64,000 nt of DNA from Cenococcum geophilum (GCA_050273025.1 CP158635.1:13268001-13332000), one strand, 5' to 3'; positions 48,101 through 61,764 are shown, numbered from the stretch's first letter. Notes: a model not told the origin generated them from the sequence alone. Numbers and translations are program-made.

Positions 48101-49347
48101 CGTCACCCAACCTGCGCCATCTCCCCTCCTCTACCGCCTTCGTAAGAACTGAAGTTTTGTGTTTATGGTAGCTTTGCCGATTTAGTCTATCCCGGGCATT
48201 TCAATTGGTAATGGTTGGATTGGGTCGCATTTGCACAATGCCCCTTGTCGGAGGCTTGCTTGCGACAGCAGCGGTGGCTAGGCGTTGAAGGAGGTTTTAG
48301 ATACGCGCGCGCAGCATTGCATGGATTGATTTCCTCGACAACACGATTGCAGGGTCTCGCTTGATGACTTTCTTCCCCTTCGTATCAGACCCACCATTTA
48401 CACAACTTTATCTTCAGTGATGGCAAGCACAGTCTTGCCGTGCAGCGCTGTGCATTGCCCAGCTCCGCAGTGGGTCCAGAGGGCCAAAACTCCGCACAGC
48501 TCGGTTCGAATTGTATGCAGGCGCAGATGCTAGGAGCAACTGGAGGTCTCCGCAGCATGCCGCTTGATGCATGCAAACCTAATCCGTCGTCGTAGAGGAG
48601 AGTAGGTCAGTCATTGCCTCACCGAGAGCAATATTATAATCCAATTGGGACCGGGTCTTGGACCCTGGTAGTTTTGCGCCGTGGCGCCCGTTCGCATATC
48701 TTGGGTAGTCTTCGCTGAAGCTCTGCGTTAAGGTTGAGTGTTTGCTGGCACGTGAAGTGATTGGCCTGAGCGATTATGGAAGCGCTGCAGGCTGAGGATT
48801 CGTTCGAGACCGAAGCTCTGCACGTGCCCCGCTGAGGGTCTGCAGGATTAGTACTGAGGGGCAGCGAGGGGGCCCATTTTTGATGTTTAAGAATTGCGAC
48901 AAAACGTCATACCGTAATAAGCACGGGGGATCGAGGGGATCGTGTCAGAGCCATGGAAATAAAACCTGACGGCGCGAAACTTTGAGGTACATCGAGGTAC
49001 ATCTGTCTCCACCTTCCCCGGACTAATCTCCGCATGCAGACTCTGTTAGCCTGAAGGTTTATCGGTTCTGGACCTTTTGTTGAGATGGCAGGATTTTCGT
49101 AGCACCCGTGTGTGTTGAAGATGACGGATGGGGCCGGATGAAGTTCTCGAAATCCGAGGAGGAATGAATAAGCAAAGCCCGCTAGTCAAATTCCATAATT
49201 GGGTATGTTGGCGAAACGCCGGAGCTTCAATCGACTTCAACACGAAGTTGAACTATTCCCAAGTCAATGACCTTCTTCAATCCCCATTGACTGCCCAGCG
49301 CTCTGCAATTGCTCATTAGCAACACGAAGCCTCACCATATCACCAAG

Positions 49348-49934
49348 ATGGCGCCTTCCCGAGCGCTCTATCAATGCACAACTTCCTTGGGAGGCAGCCA
49401 AGCACCTCGCCTCCTTGCAGCATGTCGGATACGGAATAAGCCATCTTCTCCTCTCGCAACACATCCCGTACCCCACATGAACATATCGCCGAGGTCATCA
49501 GGCCCTCTTGCAGCCTGCAGGAAGATGTATTCTCAAGCAGGTAATGTTCCCCAGCCGCCAGACTATCTTTCAGAAGGTGAATTAGAGATCTTCAATAAGA
49601 TCAAGGCGGAGTTGGATCCGATCAGACTTGAGGTACACATATAGTTTAAGTTTCTTCATCACCTCTTCAGTCACGATCTTCAAAGGGAGAGGAATGTATT
49701 GAGCTAAGATCGGCGATACCTCATGCTTTCTCGGATGCGCTGGAGACTAACACAATATTCGTGTACCAGGTCCAGGACATTAGTGGCGGTTGCGGATCAA
49801 TGTATGCTCTAGAGATTGAGTCCTTCAAGTTCAAGGGGTTGTCGATTATCAAACAACACAAACTGGTAAACCAGATTTTAGAGAATGAGATTAAGAAGTG
49901 GCATGGTATACAATTGAAGACAAGAGCACCTTGA
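49348..49934 (+). CDS. BOL3: mitochondrial BolA-family protein (Bol3/BOLA3 type); exons 49348-49632, 49770-49934
   Basis: LEVQDISGGCGSMY...FKGLSIIKQHKLVNQIL..EIKKWHGIQLKT; N-terminal presequence-like extension. Confidence 0.9.
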
Positions 49935-50156
49935 CGAAATAAAATTAACAAACAAATAAAATCAATTTGTTTGATAAGATAAATATAACAAAACCTTGGC
50001 ACTTAAGAATAGGCTATATAAACCCTATTTCATTACGTAAGACTCAAGGTGTTCAATTAGACATTCTATTAAATAAATTCTCTATAGCATGAATAATATT
50101 CAGATATTCCTAGGGCCTTTCAAAGATCGCTCCTCCACCCAAATCTCCACTACTCC

Positions 50157-51322
50157 TCAGTTACCCACCCCCACCTCCTCGCGAAACATCTTCTTCATCT
50201 GCTCCAGGTCGTCGATTTTAGCCCGAATTCTTTACAACTCACTCGTCCGCTTCAGCACATTGTCCAGGCGCTTCGAATGCTTATCTGTTTTAAGGTCCAA
50301 GACCAGTCGCCCAGCCTCTCGGTTCGCCTCGTCCAGAATAGTGTAGATGTCGAATTGCTCATTGGTGACCAAGTCGTTCTCTGCGGGCACATCCTCAAAA
50401 AGATCATTTACATCGTCCGGTTTGGGAACCTTGATGGTCGTCTTGCGTTTAAGATCATATACCTGTTTGTGTAACCACCCTGCTTTAGAGGTTGGAATGA
50501 TGCCATATCGGTGGCATTGCGTAGGAAGCGGTCGACAACGATTTTGAAGTTTCCTACAGCACACGTGGCATTGTATTTTACCATACCAGTTGGATGGCTA
50601 GTGAAAACCCATTGCCGAGTATAAGGTCCAATAGCTACGCCGTTATGCTCCTTCAAATCTTCCTGGCTGGCAGTCATGTTTGCGTCTTCCAGTGCAGTGT
50701 AAGAGAGGCTGCCACAGCGTATGGGATATCTTCCTCATTCTCATTGTGCGCCCAGGTTTTCCGCTTTACTTAGTATTCCCAATGGCAGCAATCATCTGAT
50801 GTGACAGAAGAATCCTCTTGCTCGTCCTCGGAATCAAGCTCTGCCTCTGAACCCGTATCTTGTCCCTCTCGCATAAACTCCAAACATGCTTCCAATGCTT
50901 CCATATTGTACGTCTTCCCACCAATAATAGGTCGTGCTAGTGCCGTTGCATGCAATATCGTCTCGGAATAAGGAACCACAATGGGTGATGGAGCTGACCC
51001 TGGAACTGGAGCAGATATTCTCTCTTGCATCAAGTGTACAGTATCGCTAGAGAGAGATTGATTAACGGTAACAGTATTTTGCTTCAGCCTGTCGGGCTGC
51101 CCCTCACGTATAGAGGTCCTGCTTTCATCTGAACCCGAATCTAAGTCCGAATCCTCACTATACTCTACTAAGGCTTCGCGAACTCCATTCGTTTGCGACG
51201 AGTTGTCTAGGCGTTTCTGAAGCCAAAGAGCGTCCTCTACGTCTATAGCCTTCAGAAAGTTTGGAGGTTCAGAAGACAATCTAGGTAAAGAGATTGCTGT
51301 TTCACCCAGAATATCTTTCGCT
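50157..51322 (-). pseudogene. 3' part of a large pseudogene split by the hAT insertion
   Basis: In frame with the ORF on the other side of the hAT once one TSD is removed; C>T stops and frameshifts; repeated YTxLxxAN motif (SYTALEDAN, IYTILDEAN). Confidence 0.65.
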
Positions 51323-54300
51323 CAGTGTGTTCGACAGGCAAGCCGCTCGACGAGCGCGCCTGCGATTAATTAATTAATAAGCAATCAATCGCAACCAGGA
51401 ATTATCATTAAGTAATTAATCGCAACCAGGAATTCTCATCAAGCGCCTGCAATTGATTGATATAAAATCTTACTAACGGAGGGATGGTTCATAATAGACT
51501 TTTGGTATTAAGGTATACGATTTTAATAAGGTGTGCAGTATTAATCTAATTAGATTGCTTGGGAATGCAGCAATTAAATACGCCAAGATTAATAGGTTTA
51601 GCGTAGTCTACCACTAGAACGCGTTTTATTAGTTATATTTACTTACGCCTGTCCCCATAGAGTTTTCTTAATTATCTTCCAACCTCTATTACCTTAACTA
51701 CCTCTAATATTATGCCTCTTAACCCCTTCTAATAAGCCAAACAAAGGCCTAAAACCTCGCCCTTACCCTTACCGTCTTTATTATTATCAAATTTAACACC
51801 GTTAACACATAATTCCCCTATTCTAATTAACAACGCGCCTAAATTATAGGGTAGTAAGGTGCCCGAAACACCTACTCTACCTTAACTAACTCCATTAAAT
51901 ATATAACTGGGTAACGCTATAGCTTCTTATATCTTTACGATTAAGTAGAATAAGCTTTGCCATAATTTAAACCTATTAAAAGAACCTTACTATTAAGCCA
52001 GGCACAAACGGCACGTTAATACTAGTTTTACACCCTTACCAATCTATAGGCATAGTACAGATATTAAGGATAAAGAGGGTAGGCGCTAGTGGGTTTATAA
52101 GCTCTACTATATCTCTAAACGATACTAGGAGGGCGTATATCTATTAAAAAGTACTACTAAAGCAGCAAGGCATATAAGAAAATAGCATAATATTATTATT
52201 ACACGAGACAGCAAAAACGTTAAATTATTAACGTCTCTACCAGGCAGCCCTTTTAAAGTTGCCATTACCGCAACTCTAAAGCCTACTACTAAATCTAAAG
52301 CAGCGAACTCTTAAATACTATTTAATAGCGAGAAATATAATCAGAACTATATAGATTAGATTATTACTAATAATATAACCTTTTGGCAGGTATGCAGCTT
52401 ACGGCTTAAGAAGCTACTTACTATACCTTATTTAGCTGCTACCTTAGCTAGCACTATTAGCGAATAGGTGCTTAAAGCTCTACCTAAGTAATGGCTTATA
52501 ATCAAAGGCCTTCTAAAAAAGTATATTAGTAAGGTTAATATTAGTAGCGACCTTTAGACGGGAGAAAATAAGCGTAATTACGTTGGCGTTGTTGCTTACT
52601 AGATTAGTAAGTTTAACTTCTATATTAATAAGTTATCGCTTACCTAAATTAGCTACTAAAGGTAACCTTTCTACCACCCTTAATTAATTGGCTCCTATAC
52701 CAGCTCTAACATTACGTAATTAATTATAGATATAATTATAAAATATTATATAGAGGATAATATTAGCGCCTTTATAATGGATAACGCCAAAAATAATAAT
52801 AAGCTTATAGAAACAATTATAATAATATTTCTAACTATAGATCTAAAATAGGCTTAACTTCGGTACGCTAGACATATTATTAACCTTATTATTAAGGCCG
52901 CGCTCTTTAGTAAAGGTATAAGCAAGCTTTAAAAGTAAATTGCTAGTATAGGTACTAATAATATCTTCTAAATCTAGAGTAAGATAGGGCTAATTAGTAG
53001 AGTAAAGATAATTACGGTATATATTAGATAAACTAATTAGCGGTAAATAGCCTTTTAGAACTACTAGACTAACTATAAGGAAGGTAATAAGAAAGTCTTC
53101 TATCTAAAACTCTTAAAAGATGGTGGAGTACGCTAGAACGCTATATATATAATAATTAAGAGAGGTATATTCTAATATAATTGTTTCCTTTTAGGTGGGG
53201 TTCTATATAAAGTTTAGTCATTGCTAAATATTCTACTTAACCTCTACCATTCTCTACCACCTTATTATATCATTAAACTACCTTTAGCGCGCGTAGATAC
53301 AGCCTATAGCTTACCCCTCCACTAGTAGATTTAATGGAATTTAATAGCGATAACGCTTAGCCTCTTACCATTAAATTGCTTAAAAATAAACTTTTGCTAA
53401 CTTCTTACGTCTAATAGTACTTAAACTTTAGAACCCTATTAAACTCTACTAAACCCGCTGGGTTAAGCCTACCAATAAAAATACGTATAATCTCTTACAG
53501 GACTTTCTTATAAATAAGGACTTTAAGATACTAAAGAAGTTTAAGTAACTTAAGCCTTTTAAAACTCTTACTAATAAACTATAAGGTAACGTAAACGCCA
53601 GAGGCTTTAAGGGCTCTTATAGTGCAGTTTAGGAGGTCCTTTAAAGTATAAACTATATATTTAAGGTCCTATAACGAGCTAATAATAAGATTAAGGCGTC
53701 GCCGGTAGAGTACTTGGAGTACTATAAAGTAGGAGTTTATTACGTATATATAAAGCTTATTAAATATTTTAGCCTTACTAACTAAACACCTATCTACTAA
53801 GCAGTAATTGTCCTCTACTTAGCCTATAAGTTTAACTACTTTAAATAGGAGTAGGCCAGTAAGGCTGTATGGTAATTATAATATAAGAAAGATGTTACTG
53901 CGTTATATAAGCAGTATAAGGAGAAGTATACGCAGTTAAAGGATAAGGAGGATAATAAGCCGGTTACTCCTAAGCGGCTTATATATAAGAAGCGTCGTAA
54001 TTTAGATTTATTATTATTAGGCGAAGAAGGCTTTAACTTTTATAGTATGCTTACTAGTAAATATAGAGCTCGCAAGCGTTAAAGACTTAAATCTAAACTT
54101 AAGCGCTTTACTAAAGATACCCCCACTAAAGCTAAATAATATATTGTTAACCCGCTGGCTTATTAGTAAGGTATTAAGCACGTCTATCCAATCCTCTATT
54201 GTATAGCAATGGACCTCTTTTCTATACTAGCGATAAGCTCTAAGTACGAGCGTAAGTTTAGCTCTGCTAATAACGTAATTACTAATAACCGGAACCGCCT

Positions 54301-54627
54301 AGCTAATAAGACAATTAAGGCGCTGGAGCTTTAGAAGAGCTAGTTAAATAAAGGGCATTTAGAAAAGGATGAGGATAAATAAAGAGTATAAGGAGGACTT
54401 ATTTTTGGAGTGTATATTTACTATATAAGGCAAAGCTCTGCTAAAAAAAATCTAGTACCCAGATTCTCTATCACGGACTACCCAATTGGGTAATTCTTGG
54501 CAATCAATCGCAATCATTTCAATCAATCAGCTAATTCTCATCAGTCGATCAATCGCAACCAGGATTTTAGCCAATCAATCGCAACCAGGGGTCCCTGCCT
54601 GCGATTGATTGCCTGTCGAACACACTG
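51323..54627 (+). mobile_element. complete hAT DNA transposon, RIP-inactivated
   Basis: 19-bp TIR CAGTGTGTTCGACAGGCAA (51323-51341 and 54609-54627); perfect 8-bp TSD CTTTCGCT (51315-51322 and 54628-54635); subterminal CAATCAATCGCAACCAGG repeats. Confidence 0.97.
51712..54382 (+). pseudogene. RIP-degraded hAT transposase
   Basis: De-RIPed BED finger WVCKLCH (~52090), ISSDLWT (~52545), MDNAKNND (~52780), RCAGHIINL (52861), VRWNA (~53130), YPIL..MAMDLFSIPAMSSECEREFS (~54185-54262). Confidence 0.92.
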
Positions 54628-57600
54628 CTTTCGCTTTCCTATATCTCTTCTACAGGCCACTCTTAGTGAGAGCTTCGCCCATTTTCTTATTCCAAAGGCC
54701 TTCCACCTCCTGCCATTTCATAGGACGATCCCGCCATTCAACTATCAACCTATCTTCATCTGATAGTTTGGCTAGTATGAGCGATCGAGCCGCTGCCGTC
54801 ATTTCTGTTACCCGAGAGGCGTTGTCGATCGTGATTAAAATACTTTCCGATGGCCTTGGTGCAGAATTCGCTTGGGGCATTTCGCACCCCCCTATATTAT
54901 CAACCGTAAACATGCTAGTCATAACCCGAAACCTCATTATGACAAACCTGACCTTTAACGTACCATTTTCATATCCCGCTATATACAGTTTTTCTGATAA
55001 TAGAGACCTTCCGAGTGCCTAAGGATTGGACAAGTAAGCTTGGGGTCATGAACATTATGAAAAGGAAAATTATTTTTTGAGCTTGAATTGCTTTATCTGT
55101 ATCTTTTTCGGCTAGATGAATGGGGCCTGTGGAGACGCTCTCCAGGGTTGCAATGTCCTGTGGCTCTAGTTCTTTTGTATTGACTTGCGGTAAAACTCCT
55201 AGCTCACTGTGGGTTTCATATACTGGGATTGCTACTGGCCTTACTGATTTATGCCCCGAGGGCTTAGAATCCCGACCACGAGTGGCGTCAATTCCAGGCT
55301 TTCGAACTGGGCCATCTCTTGACGTTGAATAGCTAGGAACCTTGCTAACTTCCGCATTGCTTTGTTGTCCTTTGCTTTTCGTGGAAGATTTCTCGCAAGG
55401 CTTAGTGACTCCGAGCACAATGGGGGTTAATTTTACACCTCTAGATGTAGCTTCGGAATCCGGATTGAGACGTCGCTGGGCATTCCTACGATGCATATCA
55501 CGGATTTGCTGAGACGTATACTTCTTCTTTCTAGGGGTGTCGGGATCAGTCTGCTTCTTCTCCTTGTGAATTGGTATGGCCTCTTCTTGATGGTTTTCTG
55601 AATGACCTGCTCCTGTTCTACCTTCCGCTCCTGACAACGCTGCTCTTTGGTCTCCGATTTCTCTCCGACATTGGTAATTTCTCTCAGTCGAAATTCCAGT
55701 TCTAGTTGTCTGTCTCTAGATCGGGCAATGCGGTCCTCCCTATCCTTTTGCTTATTCGACTGTTTTTCAGCTTGTGTGAGTTTCTCCTGTAATTCCTTTT
55801 CTTTGGAAATCTCTCGGCACTCTTCTGCGTCTGGCACCACAGATGACTGTCGAGCCTGGGTCTGAACGAGAGGATCCACATCAGCCCACTCAGTCCGTAT
55901 CGCACCCGAAGAAATATGGTTAGCACCCTCCAGTATACCGTTGGCTGGGATTGGTGAGCCAGGAAGAGTTTCCTTGGCACCGGCCGTAGTATCAGGTTCG
56001 CATCTCTCTACAAAACCTACTTGTATTTTCTCCTTCTGCCTGCAAAGTTTGGGACGCTCTGGGAAGTAATGGTGGCTCCCCATCCTTGATCCGATCATTA
56101 TTGCAATATGGACCAAGGGGAGCTCGCTGCCCATTCACAGTTGCTTTGTGTAGCTTCCTCTTAGGCGTTCCGGACAAGTTCGGCGATATATCATTCCTTT
56201 CATGGGAAACATGCCCACTCTTCTGCTTACCCTAGGCGAGTTGTTTGCGTTTGTAAGCTCCGTGTAAAGATTCTCCCCCAGTATTTCGTTCCGCGATCTT
56301 TGGTCTTTTATGAGTCCGGCATGTAGGCAGGGGCTTATTGGAGACTTGAACTGAGAATGGGTTGTAAAATACGAATTGAAACCAACTAACAGTTCCGATT
56401 CTGCATTTTCAGGAATTACCGGGTCTAAATTAGAGGCTAAAACGCCACTCGAACCTAGCGCATTCGACGGTGGCAGAGAGCGAGATTTCTTGGCCTCTAG
56501 CGCCAGTTCATCATTGATAAGGCTAGACGTCGGCGAATCTGCTTGGACTAGTATATGCTCGCGTGGGACAATTTTGTCAGCCCCTACATGAGCTCCACTA
56601 AGTATTTTTAGGCTGCCGTGGGCCGAGCCTTCCCCCTTTGGCGTTTGGTGCAGTGGATTTTTCGAATCTTTCAAAGATGCCCCATAGCAGTCCCCTCTCT
56701 GGAGTTGAGCCTGGTGTCGCAGTGACCTGCTCATAGCTGCACCGCTTCTGTCGGGCTGGTATATGTTGAACTTCTCCGTAATGATGGATGAATTCTGCTC
56801 GTCGTATATATCATCTAATTTGGTCTGATTTGGCAGTGCTGAGTCTTCGAATCCGACCGTTTGCGTGGCAGACTGAACAGGCTGATGACAGCGGGGACTA
56901 TTTATGACTGTATAGCATTCTTCATTATCCGTACTATCATCTGCCACAAAGGGCCCTGTCTTCTTCAGAATAGATCGTGGAATTTTCACATATCTGGGTA
57001 TCCTAGGCGTTTGGGTAATTATATCAACTTGACGACGCTTAGATTCCTTCCGATTCTCTAATGGGCTATCTGGGTATCTTGCAGTAAGCTGGGGGGATAT
57101 TGGATTCTGTGTACTGTGCACTAGTTTTCCTGCGGTCTGGTTGTATCGAGCAAGATTGGTGTCGGACGGACAAGTCACTCATAAGAACTCTGTCGATTGA
57201 AGCTGGCTCTAGAAGCTCTCTATATACATGAGGTCGGGGCAAAAGACTGACGACGACGCTGACGACGATTCTGGAACTATTACTCAATCGCCACCAGGTC
57301 GATATTGCCACTCAGTCGGTAATAGGTAATAGAAACAGGGTGTGAGTCATAAGGTGGTACCTGACAGTGACCTCAACGTTCGACAATTGGCATCTGTTCC
57401 GCGGTAAGAACTGTAACTTCCGCTAACGGAGTGTTCCTCATTCACGTCGCTGATATATCCTGACTGATTTGGCGCCACCGGAATTCTAAGTCCTGGACTA
57501 GAGTAAGATACCAAATGTTGTCGCTGGTCCCACAGAGGGCGCTCATCCACAGTCTTGACCGCTCTCGTCTTTCCATTCCGATTTGCCATCCGTGAGACCC

Positions 57601-58486
57601 CTTGCAAAACTCGCACTGATTCATTCCAAGCACGACCCCCTCTCACGTCATCTCTTAGCTTCGTCGTAACTTGCTGCTCCGTCTCCTTGTTGGCACCTTA
57701 AGACAGGTCAATGACCTCTAAACCTGAGACTGAATGATCGGGGTTGGCAGAGGTTGTTCTAATATTCGTTCCGTGATTGTCGATGCGAGCGTATTTGGAG
57801 GGATGTTGAAATTGAGAGGGATTCATTAGAGGCTTGCGCTTAAGGCCCTCAGTGTTGCAGACTGGTTGATGGCTAGAAGGCGTTACCATATGATGGGTTT
57901 GATTTGGTGGGTTTCCCTCAAAGGTCGCCCTGGGGTCAGAGTTGAATTGTTTGCGTGAAATGAGGATGCTTGAATCCCTCGTCGATTGCTCATCGGACCC
58001 TTTGTAATCGTCCATTGTTTCCCCATGACCATTGTGGATTGGAACACTCTGAGCTAGTGGAAGGACTAGGCTCATTATGGGCAGCCTGTGAGCAGAATGT
58101 TGCTGAGCATAAGAGTACCTACGTGACCGTTCATCTGTTGCTTCCTGATCATACCCCAACTTTGCGTGCCAATTCATGGAATATCGAAACGAATGGTCGT
58201 CGGGTCGCTGAGTTACTGAATTGATGATATAACGCCGAAGATTGGGTTTGGAAATTAGTGTCCTTATAGTCCTTCGCGCATCGGTAATTGCAACAAGATT
58301 TTGAACGTGGCGGATGCTCACCTCGCCCTTTTTGGAGTTGGGATTTACTTTTTGCAGAGCCGGACATGGTAAATGACCTTGCGCGGTCCTGATATGTTTA
58401 TTTAACTGAAGAGTGTTCGAGAAGGTCATAGCCTGGTCAAAGGACTGTCTTAAACCTGGGACCGATATTGCTCCAAAGGTCATCAA
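54628..58486 (-). pseudogene. 5' part of a large low-complexity-rich pseudogene with a Myb-like helix-turn-helix domain
   Basis: ORF-track pieces 57698-58486, 57347-57646, 56135-57178 and 55433-56134 share one frame and are separated by TAA/TGA/TAG stops; frameshifts follow; LSDEDRLIVEWRDRPMKWQEVEGLW...LTKSGL*KRYRKAK is Myb-like. True start uncertain. Confidence 0.6.
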
Positions 58487-60208
58487 AATTTCAAGACTGG
58501 ATCACGGCAAGATATGACAAGGTAGAGTTTGGGCAGGTAATGCCGGTCCGTAGATAAGCAACTAGGTTACGACAAGGGAAGTGTGGCCGTATTATCTGAG
58601 AAGCTGTTAAATCATCCTAAAGATGAGTGATAAGGATACCATGATGAAAATGTGGTTAACAAGGCTCACAATGAAGTGAGATGGAAAGTGTAAGTAACTT
58701 TACTTTGTCCGCTTCGGCAAGCGGGATACGACAGCGCCTTTTCCAAATGCTTCCTCAGTTTTCTCCGCTTTTAAAGTACTCTATTACTAAAATCCCTACT
58801 GAAGTTATGGATTAAATTGAGGATCCTCCTCAAAATTTGAAGCCTCTTCTAAGCTTGTTGTGAATTGTTTTCATCTTCCTTCGTAGTCGATTGAAGAACA
58901 TATGTGGACTCTGCCCGGTAATTGAGAGAAGGGGATCGAATATTTGTCACGCCCAAAGCGTTTGGAGTCGCGCTAACCAAGACTTTCGACGACCTTCAAC
59001 GTGTGATTGACACATCCAAAACTCTTCTAGCACGTAAAGCCACACAAAGTCTTGAAGGTATTAAGCGCGGACAATGCCCCGTTGCTTTTGACACTAACTG
59101 ATGGACTGTCCTGCGCTGCATTCCCTCCGTAAGTTAGATAGCAAATAACTCGGAAATGAATGGCCATAACCAAGAGTTACGGCTTTAATGAGGAATGTCT
59201 CAAAATCGCAACGGAGATGATGATGATGACAATGATAAGGGCCATTCATCTTAAGGGGTGTTCGGTTGCAACTCCATATTGTAACCGAAATGGAGCTCAA
59301 ATCTGAATATGAGGTGGTTGTTCGGTAAACCTGACGACTTCTGAATCTGAAGCTCCTCCATATCGGTAAACGCGTTAAATTTGTAAGCTATACTGCATAC
59401 AGTAGTTGAAATGAGGTTCTTGGCACCGTTTTAATATGTAGCTTCGAGCTCCCGTTCCATATTCTATATCAATCTGGAGCTCCCATATATGCGCCAAAGT
59501 GACGACTTCTCGTCATATGGCGACTCCACACGCCTCGACCGCTGTCGCATTTGCAAGCCTTATATGATATTATTATCTTAACCTTCGTGATCGCGGGCGT
59601 CGCTGTAATTCTACTACGACTCGTACGGGAGGTGGGCAAAGATGTGGGAAACGTCAATCGTAGAGAGGGCGTTGGCCGAGGAGGAGGCTGTTAAATTGAG
59701 GTTATGGAGCTAAAACTCTGTGTATTGCTTATTATCTATATAGGTGGTTGAAGAGATTTCAAGGAACTTCGACCGCCGGTTGAAGTTGTCTGATTGGTCA
59801 GATTCCTGCCAAGAGCTTTCTCCCACAAGTCTCATCACGTGATATCGTTGCAGGCTTGTTTTCCAACAGAGGCTCCATTATTACACCAAAGTAAGGAGTC
59901 GCGATAGAGGCCTGGTGGTAGGGAGGGGCTCATTCGAATTGCTCACCGACGTCAATCATGTATTATGCGAAGTCAAATATGGAGCCTTATCTGGAGCGGG
60001 CAGTCTCCGGGCACATTCATTTATCTCGGTCCCAGACGATCAGCCAATCATAAGCTGCTTACATAACAGATTAATCATCTTATGTTATTGTCGTCTGGTA
60101 CTTACCTCAGCGAGCTCAGACGTGAATTTGATTGGAGCGGATGTTCCTTCGGCCCGTCAGCAAGCTAACTAACATCCACCAAAATCACGTCTGAGAGCCT
60201 TTGGCGAG

Positions 60209-61577
60209 TTTTGTTAAAAGCGTAAGCAAAAATCTTAGTTTTAGCAACTTTATAAGGGGATTTCCTCCACGGCATAATAAAATAAAGTCTTTTAAAACTC
60301 GTCAATAATTTTTTAGGGGGCTACTTTATATATTAAATGCCTTTAAATTATATTATCCCCTCCCAAATCTAAGATTAATTTTGTTAAAGTTGAAATTCCC
60401 GTTGTTAAAAGCGTAAGCACTTTTATATACAGGCCTATATAGGCCCACATAAAGGTATAAAAAGCCTAAACTCTCACTAATCTATAGAGCTAGATCTCCT
60501 GAGTAATTTGATATAATTTTTACCTTAAGAGACGTTGTAGGGATCTTAATCAATTTCGTTGAAAATTGTGAGTTTTCCCATACAAAAAACGCTTGTGCTT
60601 CCATACAAATCTCGCCAAAGTCCCTCAGACCAAGAAATCGATTAAATATCCGAAGGAGATCAACGCGCCAGCGCAATCGATTTCTTAGTATGAGTCCACT
60701 GAGGTAAGTCTGGTACACGGTTCAGAAATTTGTTAATCCCTCGCGCCAATTTATATATAATTCTTATACAAACTCACGCGCCATACTAAATTTTTAGCCA
60801 TTAATTAATAACGAACTAACACCTTTATAAACAATTGGCTAACGTTATATTCTAGAACTTTATAAGGCAATTCTAACGCTGCTAAAATTATTGCGAGCGG
60901 CCTGGTGGTTACTGCTATATTTCGCCTTAAATAAGCGGGTCTCCCCTTTAAAGCTCCGCCTAAAACCCTACTGCTATTAATTAATAATAAACTAACGCCT
61001 TTATAGATAATTGGCCAACGTTATATTCTAGAGCTTTATAAAGCAATTTTAATGCTACTAAAATTATTACAAACGGCCTAGTGGTTACCGCTACGTTTTG
61101 CCTTAAACAGTAAATATTTAGCCAGAGCCATTAACCATCACCAATCCTTAACGTTTAACCTCCTATATTAATATTTATAGTAGATAAACACCTAAATAGC
61201 TAATATATTGTATCTAGATTAATTCTATGCCTTATTACCTACTTTATTGCTCCTCCGCTACCTATACTACCCAAATATTAACCTACGAACCCCCTACCGA
61301 CTCTATATTTACTAATAAGCTATATACCACCGTTTAGTATAAAGAAACGCTTAAAGGCCTTAATAAGGAAGCTAAAAGTTAGATATACGCCTAGTACAGT
61401 ACACAACTATCCTTATACTGCTAGCAAGGTAGTGGATAATACTATTAGTGTAATAAACGTCTTTAAAAAGTAACGCACTAATAATAAGGCGTCTTAGTTA
61501 CTAGCAGCAGATGGTAAAGCTTTTTAGTTACTGTAGACAGATCTACAAATATCTTAACTCTCTACTAGCTTGGCCTA
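60209..61577. mobile_element. unclassified RIP-affected repetitive element, interrupted by an LTR
   Basis: Abrupt onset of AT/TpA richness at ~60210; 18-bp direct repeat TTGTTAAAAGCGTAAGCA (60211, 60402); 12-bp inverted repeat 60632-60686; 176-bp tandem duplication; degraded plus-strand reading frame ~61230-61577. Confidence 0.45.
60801..61109. repeat. direct repeat of ~133 bp with 176-bp period
   Basis: 60801-60933 and 60977-61109 differ essentially by C/T and G/A transitions. Confidence 0.9.
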
Positions 61578-61764
61578 TGTCATAGTGCTGCAATAAAGTA
61601 GACTAAATAACTACGTTGTGGTATAAAGAGGGGAAGAAGGTGGAAAGGGGGTATTATATATAAATAGTAGGGCCGGCCGTTAAGTCGCTAGTAGTGGGCT
61701 AGCTAATAGTAGGGAATAGTACGAGATAGTATAAAACAGTATGCGTCAGGTTAGTACCGTGACA
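61578..61764 (-). repeat. 3' LTR of a minus-strand Gypsy element
   Basis: Termini tgtcatag (RIPed TGTCACGG)...ccgtgaca; immediately followed by the reverse-complement PPT ctcctctcccct. Confidence 0.85.

Noticed and set aside
42406..49319. Numerous 60-166 aa ORFs in the long intergenic region
   Set aside because: Random-like composition, mutually overlapping frames, no splice-consistent gene model.
54497..55022. Plus-strand ORFs spanning the hAT right end
   Set aside because: They read through subterminal repeats and the antisense strand of the pseudogene.
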